Positions 59,129 to 64,000 of a stretch of DNA of 64,000 nucleotides are shown piece by piece. The notes under the pieces are model-generated. The model made no database searches. It was not told the origin of the DNA and was given only the letters and a program-made list of their open reading frames with translations. Source of the stretch: an uncultured Chthonomonadaceae bacterium (lineage in GTDB: Bacteria > Armatimonadota > Chthonomonadetes > Chthonomonadales > Chthonomonadaceae); the NCBI GenBank assembly GCA_963835065.1, contig CAWIEK010000044.1, positions 480,001 through 544,000 of the forward strand. Reading direction: 5' to 3'. Position numbers and translations under genes: made by a program. Position 1 is the stretch's first letter, and each line of letters begins with the position of its first letter.

Positions 59129-60556
59129 ATGACGACACCTGAACGATTTTCTCACTCTGTTACGCGAAGGATTCTGTGTGGTCGCCGCCGCGCTGTTTCG
59201 TGTTCTTCCCTTGTAGCCCTTACGCCCGAACGCGGTTCCCGCCGTTGTAAACATCGGCAGGGCGCGCGTCGGCTTGTGTCGGCTTCTCGCCGTATGGCGC
59301 TTGCGGGCGGGCTTGCGTTGTCCTGCGTACCCGCAGCGCAGGCGCAATCCCCACTGGCCCCGAAAAGCAGCGAGGCGAAGCCCGCGCCAATCCAGTCTGT
59401 GCCGTTGCCGCCGCAGTCAGGGCCGCTTTCCCTGCCCCAAACCGGGACGGCTGCCAAACTGCCCCTGCCAACCGTGCGCGTGACGCTTTCCCGGCCCGTT
59501 TACGACATTGCCATTGACGCCAAAACGGGAGCGCCGCAGATGCCCCGCGACGTAACGGCGGTGGCGGAAGTGCGCAATTGGCCCGCCGACACGCCCCTGC
59601 CCACTGCGTTCGCCTGGCATGTCGCGCTGGACTGGAACTATCCCAAATTTCCCACGCATCACGACATCAGCAAAACCACGTTTGTCCATGCGAGTCCGTT
59701 TACGGTTGACTTCGGCAGGCAGATACGGGGCGGCACATTGATCGTATCCGCCAAAACAAGCTGTTACGGGCGCGACATTGTGGGGCAGGCGGCGGCAACC
59801 GTGCGGGGCGTCAATCCATCTTCCGAAGCGATTTTGAAGGCGTTTCCGCGTACCCGTTTCGGCCTGATAGCCTCGAAAGTGGCGATGGCGGAAAGCAGTC
59901 TGTGCCAGTTCACCCGTCCGAGCAAAACGGATGTGGGCGGTATGCCGGAAATGTCGCGTACCAATGACCTGGGCATCATGCAGCTGAACGCGCCAACGGG
60001 AAGCATTACCAGCCAGGATCAAATCTGGGATTGGCGCGAAAACGTCCGGCGGGGCATGGAAGAATTAACGGGCAAGCAGCGCACGGCAATTCAGGCATCG
60101 CGCAACGCGCTTGATTCCGACCAACTGCCCGCTCAAACCGCCGCGTCGTTAAGCCTGCTGAACTTTTGTCGCGGGTTTATCGGGCTTGCGCCTTTGAAAG
60201 CCCCGCGCCCCCTTCCGCTTTCCGCCAGGCCGGGAACCGGCGTTTTGCCCGACGACCCCGATGTAGACCATCTCGCCCTGAGTCAATTGGAGCGCGAAGC
60301 CATTCGCCGTTACAATGGCGGGCGGGAATACGTGTTCGCCTTAGTGCCCAACCCCCTGCTGCCGGAAATCGGCTGGGCCGGCTGGCAGGTAGACCCCACG
60401 CGAGGCGGCATCAGTTCCCGTTCCGGCGATGTGGATTACGTGCGCCACGTCCTGCGCGCCCACAGCGGCCTGACCTTGCCCCCGCCACCCAAGCCACCGC
60501 GTAAATCTGAGGGCAAGCACAATCCGCGCCATCGTTCCCGCCGTCGGCACAGGTAA
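59129..60556 (+). CDS. Exported protein with putative lytic transglycosylase/lysozyme-like domain
   Basis: AMAESS, GIMQL and YNGG motifs in SLT order; adjacent to murQ; start uncertain. Confidence 0.6.
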   Translation: MTTPERFSHSVTRRILCGRRRAVSCSSLVALTPERGSRRCKHRQGARRLVSASRRMALAGGLALSCVPAAQAQSPLAPKSSEAKPAPIQSVPLPPQSGPLSLPQTGTAAKLPLPTVRVTLSRPVYDIAIDAKTGAPQMPRDVTAVAEVRNWPADTPLPTAFAWHVALDWNYPKFPTHHDISKTTFVHASPFTVDFGRQIRGGTLIVSAKTSCYGRDIVGQAAATVRGVNPSSEAILKAFPRTRFGLIASKVAMAESSLCQFTRPSKTDVGGMPEMSRTNDLGIMQLNAPTGSITSQDQIWDWRENVRRGMEELTGKQRTAIQASRNALDSDQLPAQTAASLSLLNFCRGFIGLAPLKAPRPLPLSARPGTGVLPDDPDVDHLALSQLEREAIRRYNGGREYVFALVPNPLLPEIGWAGWQVDPTRGGISSRSGDVDYVRHVLRAHSGLTLPPPPKPPRKSEGKHNPRHRSRRRHR

Positions 60557-60629
60557 TGCTTGTTAATGCCTCGATAACGAAGGGTTCGTGTTGCGCAACG
60601 AAATGAATTTCTTTGCTCCTGATAAACTC

Positions 60630-61573
60630 ATGTCAACTCCCCCCCAACACCCAACACCCAACACCCAACACCCCATCCTGTCCCTTTTGGAAACCGAACA
60701 GCGCAATTCGCGCACGATGGAACTGGACACGCTGTCCACGTCCGCGCTTGTGGAAACGCTTCACGCTGAAAACTACGCGGTTGCGGACGCGGTAACGGAA
60801 ACGCTTCCGGTTGTGGCGCAGGTTGTAGACATTCTGGCCGAGCGGATGGCGCGGGGGGGAGATTGTTTTATGTAGGCGCGGGCACGAGCGGGCGTTTGGG
60901 CGTACTGGATGCCAGCGAGTGCCCGCCGACGTTTGGAGTGAGCCGCGAATTGGTGCAGGGAATCATTGCGGGAGGGGAAACCGCGCTGACCACTTCCATC
61001 GAGGGCGCGGAAGACGATCCCGAAGTCGGCGCGGCAGATTTACGAGAGCGTCATGTGACTGCGAATGATGTGGTTGTGGGTATCGCCGCAAGTGGGCGAA
61101 CACCCTACGTTATTGGCGCGTTAGATGCCGCGCGGCAAATCGGCGCGTTTGCCGCTGCCGTCGTCAACGTGTCGCAGGCGCAAATGCGCGGCCATGCCGA
61201 CCTGACCATCGCCGCCGTCACCGGCCCGGAAGCGCTCACGGGTTCCACGCGCCTGAAAGCGGGCACAGCCCAAAAAATGGTTCTCAATCTGCTGACCACA
61301 GCCGCAATGGTGCGAAGCGGCAAGGTGTACGGCAATCTCATGGTGGACGTGCGGGCGACAAACGTAAAACTGCGGGATCGCGCCATTCGCATTGTCCAGG
61401 CCGCCACAAGCGCCACAGCGGAACAGGCGCAAACGGCCTTAAACGCCTGCGACTGGAATTGCAAAACCGCCATCGTGATGCTGGAATGTGGCCTGCCTGC
61501 GCCCGAAGCCGCGCAGCGCTTGCAGGACGCGGGGGGTTGGGTGCGCGCCGCGTTACGGACAGGTTCCCCTTAA
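60630..61573 (+). CDS. murQ: N-acetylmuramic acid 6-phosphate etherase, frameshifted in the G run near 60855
   Basis: TEQRN; GAGTSGRLGVLDASECPPTF, GSTRLKAGTAQK, GNLMVD. Confidence 0.93.
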
Positions 61574-61673
61574 CAGAAAGATACTCAAGCTGTTCCCTGC
61601 CATCTTCCGCTCTACGCCAACCCCGACACCTGATACCTGACACCTAATGCCTGATGCCTGATGCCTGATGCCT

Positions 61674-62744
61674 ATGTCAACCCTCGTCGTCACAACTCAA
61701 GGAGCCGTTCTGCGGTGCGTGGGCGGGCAGATCGTGGCGGAATACCAGAAGCAGGCCATGCAGAAAATTCCACAAAACCAGGTGGAGCGCATTCTGCTGC
61801 TGGGCAGCGTCGGCCTGACCACCGGCGTTCTCAACTTTGCGCTGGAAAAGCGCATCCCCGTCACGTTTCTGACACAGGAGGGGCAGTACAAAGGACGGCT
61901 GGAATCAGGCGGGCGGCGCGACATCGCGCTGCGGCTGGCGCAGTTTCGGGGTCTGGAAGATGTGGCCTGGCGGCTGTCCCTGTCGAAAACGCTTGTACGC
62001 GCCAAAATCGAAGCGCAGCGCGGCGTCTTGCGGCGGTGCGGGCGCAACCATCCGCAGCCGGAAATCACAGCCGCCATTGCGCTGCTGAACGACAGCCTGA
62101 GCCGCATTGCCGACGCGCAAACCCTGCCCGAACTGATGGGACAGGAAGGCAGCGCCGCCCGCGCGTATTTTCACGCCCTGCCCTCCGCCCTGCGCCGTTC
62201 TCTGCCGTTTCAGGGGCGCAACCGCCGCCCACCCAAAGACCCGGTAAACGCGCTGCTGAGTTTGGGCTACGGGCTGCTCACGGCGGAAATCATCGGCGCG
62301 TTGATGGGCGCAGGCTTGGACCCGCAAATCGGCCTTTTCCACAGTTCGCGCGGACGCATGCCCGCATTGGCGGAGGATGTGCTGGAACTGTTTCGCGCTC
62401 CTGTTGCCGACACTCTCGCGCTATCGCTGGTGAACCTGAGCGTGATGCGAGCCGAGCATTTCGAGAAACGGGAAAAGGACGGCGGCGTTTTGCTGACAAA
62501 GGACGCGCTGACCACGTACTTCAAGCACTACCGCAGGCGGATGCAGACGACGTTTCGGAACCGGCAGGGGCAGCCGACAAGTTTCCGGCGCGAACTACAG
62601 GCACAGGCAACCCACTTGCGGCGCGTGATTTTACATCAGGAACCCTACGCGCCGTTTGAATTTCAGGTAGGCGGGCCGCATGACGATATTGCCCAACGCG
62701 ACAAACCGGCACAAACCTTGCTCAAGGTGAAAACGAAAAAATAA
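61674..62744 (+). CDS. cas1: CRISPR-associated endonuclease Cas1
   Basis: GQEGSAARAYF, RNRRPPKDPVNALLSLGY, GLDPQIGLFH, LAEDVLELFR. Confidence 0.95.
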   Translation: MSTLVVTTQGAVLRCVGGQIVAEYQKQAMQKIPQNQVERILLLGSVGLTTGVLNFALEKRIPVTFLTQEGQYKGRLESGGRRDIALRLAQFRGLEDVAWRLSLSKTLVRAKIEAQRGVLRRCGRNHPQPEITAAIALLNDSLSRIADAQTLPELMGQEGSAARAYFHALPSALRRSLPFQGRNRRPPKDPVNALLSLGYGLLTAEIIGALMGAGLDPQIGLFHSSRGRMPALAEDVLELFRAPVADTLALSLVNLSVMRAEHFEKREKDGGVLLTKDALTTYFKHYRRRMQTTFRNRQGQPTSFRRELQAQATHLRRVILHQEPYAPFEFQVGGPHDDIAQRDKPAQTLLKVKTKK

Positions 62745-62926
62745 CATGGCCTCAGCAGCAAAGACAAGGGTAAGCCAGCGTCGGCGCTAACCTTCAAAAC
62801 GGCCAAAACAGGGAGGTTAGCGCCGGAAAAATAATCTCAACATGCTTGACAGCACACGAAAAATACGCTATACTGGCTTTATGTTTCCGAGGTTAGCGCC
62901 GATGAGAAGGAAACATGAGATAGAGG
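62745..62926 (+). promoter_or_regulatory. CRISPR leader with sigma70 promoter and a 12-bp motif in three copies
   Basis: TTGACA (62846)-17 nt-TATACT (62869); AGGTTAGCGCCG at 62814 and 62890, inverted at 62782. Confidence 0.8.
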
Positions 62927-63097
62927 GTTGCAACCCGACCTCTTCCCCGTAGGGGATTGAAACATGATAGCAGGGCCAGCGCATAGAGTGCGATCACGGT
63001 ATTCGTTGCAACCCGACCTCTTCCCCGTAGGGGATTGAAACCAAAAGCGCACGTTGAGCGCTACGGTGACGATGTTGGTTGCAACCCGACCTTTTCC
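62927..63097 (+). CRISPR. Mini CRISPR array: two full 37-bp repeats, one truncated repeat, two spacers (41 and 36 bp)
   Basis: GTTGCAACCCGACCTCTTCCCCGTAGGGGATTGAAAC at 62927-62963 and 63005-63041; first 20 nt (1 mismatch) at 63078-63097. Confidence 0.92.
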
Positions 63098-63100
63098 TGC

Positions 63101-63251
63101 AACCGGCATATAAAATGCCGGTTGTTAGGCGTTCCGCCGATTGTCTCGTAAACAGCAGATGTTCACAATATACAACCACATTCACACCAGGCTTTAGTCT
63201 GGCATCCAACCGGCGGAACGCCTAGCTTAACCGGCATTTTATATGCCGGTT
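63101..63251. mobile_element. REPIN-like element next to the truncated third repeat
   Basis: AACCGGCATATAAAATGCCGGTT..TAGGCGTTCCGCCG ... CGGCGGAACGCCTA..AACCGGCATTTTATATGCCGGTT inverted arms, each itself a hairpin. Confidence 0.75.
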
Positions 63252-63759
63252 ATTTGCTGTGTCGGCTATTAGCAGCAATAGTCTTCAAATAAGACCATTC
63301 TCACCTTGAAAAGAACCTTGTAGGGACACAACATGTAGTGTCCTCTTCCTGCGGCGTGTCCACGTCCTGTAATTGATCACCCCCGTATTCCTGACAGATT
63401 CAGCCATCCTGACACAAATACGTGGTAGACTTTCCTTCCCGCATGGAATAAGTTACTTGTGAGATACTTCACAAGGAAAACTTACGAATGAAGGCTTAAT
63501 CAAACGGATTGCAAACACGGATGCGTTTTGAGTACAGGGAGGAGAAAAAAGAATGATATTGCCGGTAATGATGGTCATGCTCGCGCTGATGTGTATGCGC
63601 GGGGCGCTGAAAATGGTAACGGAGAGTTTCTAACGGAGTTTCTAAACGGACAGTTTCTAATCGCTGCGCGGGGTTCCGCCATAAAACGTTCGCCTGAGTA
63701 CGGGCTTTGTCCCGTTGACATAATATAACTGCATCGCGCTACAACTGAATAACAGACAA

Positions 63760-63809
63760 AAGCCGCGCCGTTCTTTCTTAATTATTATCAGGAAAGAACG
63801 GCGCGGCTT
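63760..63809 (-). terminator. Intrinsic terminator-like hairpin
   Basis: AAGCCGCGCCGTTCTTTC ... GAAAGAACGGCGCGGCTT downstream of the minus-strand gene. Confidence 0.7.
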
Positions 63810-63832
63810 ATTTACGCTCCTGGAGATGCAGA

Positions 63833-64000
63833 TTACTGCTGCTGCGCCTGGAGGAAGCCCGCCCAGTTGGGAGCGACTTTGGCGAGGCCCAGGTTGTTCC
63901 ATTGCGGGTCGAAGCCTGTTGTGTCGTCCACGCTGCTCGGCGTTTGCGGGCCGGGCAGGAAGATGCTCAGGCCGCTGGCTTGCGCTTCCTGGCCGTTGGG
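63833..64000 (-). CDS. 3' end of a gene entering from outside the window; resembles a clostripain-family (C11) C-terminus
   Basis: My translation: ...ASGLSIFLPGPQ...WNNLGLAKVAPNWAGFLQAQQQ-stop. Confidence 0.5.
   Translation of the reverse strand, partial: PNGQEAQASGLSIFLPGPQTPSSVDDTTGFDPQWNNLGLAKVAPNWAGFLQAQQQ

Noticed and set aside
10929..61573. Frameshifts in purL, GNAT, motB, the kinase, ribE and murQ as programmed frameshifting or phase variation
   Set aside because: Too many unrelated core genes are affected, at least one in a homopolymer (G run near 60855). Long-read or assembly indels are the simpler explanation; reads are needed.
62660..62744. Cas1 C-terminal tail as a fused or remnant cas2
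   Set aside because: Only about 25 residues with no convincing Cas2 YDI motif; the alternative frames are short.
63252..63760. Short ORFs and a possible tracrRNA downstream of the array
   Set aside because: I found no anti-repeat complementarity by eye and no credible coding signal.
1..64000. tRNA or rRNA genes and known riboswitches (e.g. FMN before ribD, purine-related before purL)
   Set aside because: No recognisable consensus seen; a covariance-model search would be needed to exclude them.

Overview
GC-rich bacterial chromosomal window; gene content and protein style suggest Armatimonadota (inference only). Core content: purM-purF-purL, leuB, a sugar-modification cluster (DegT aminotransferase, NDP-sugar epimerase, lhgO-like, gmhA, gmhB), sulfatase-like hydrolase, MscS, diheme cytochrome c, GH116-like protein, fliK-flgD-flgE-motA-motB-fliL, two Tat-signal aldo/keto reductases, aroC-aroK-aroB, a PASTA Ser/Thr kinase, rpe, ribD-ribE and murQ. 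Accessory content: a MoxR-like AAA ATPase plus vWA/HExxH peptidase followed by three diverged paralogues of an unknown family; a PemK/MazF pair; a degraded IS701-like element next to a SUKH-4-like gene; and a lone cas1 (no cas2) with a leader and a 2-spacer CRISPR array cut by a palindromic element. The most notable signals are: (1) an FGE-sulfatase-family gene whose conserved GFRC motif lies beyond an in-frame TGA followed by a hairpin at +11 (candidate selenoprotein); (2) pervasive paired inverted 7-9-nt tandem-repeat elements that abut stop and start codons and are translated in frame inside several proteins; (3) the ATPase/vWA paralogue array with a chimeric-looking junction; (4) the cas1-only mini-CRISPR. 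Many frameshifts in core genes are probably assembly errors.
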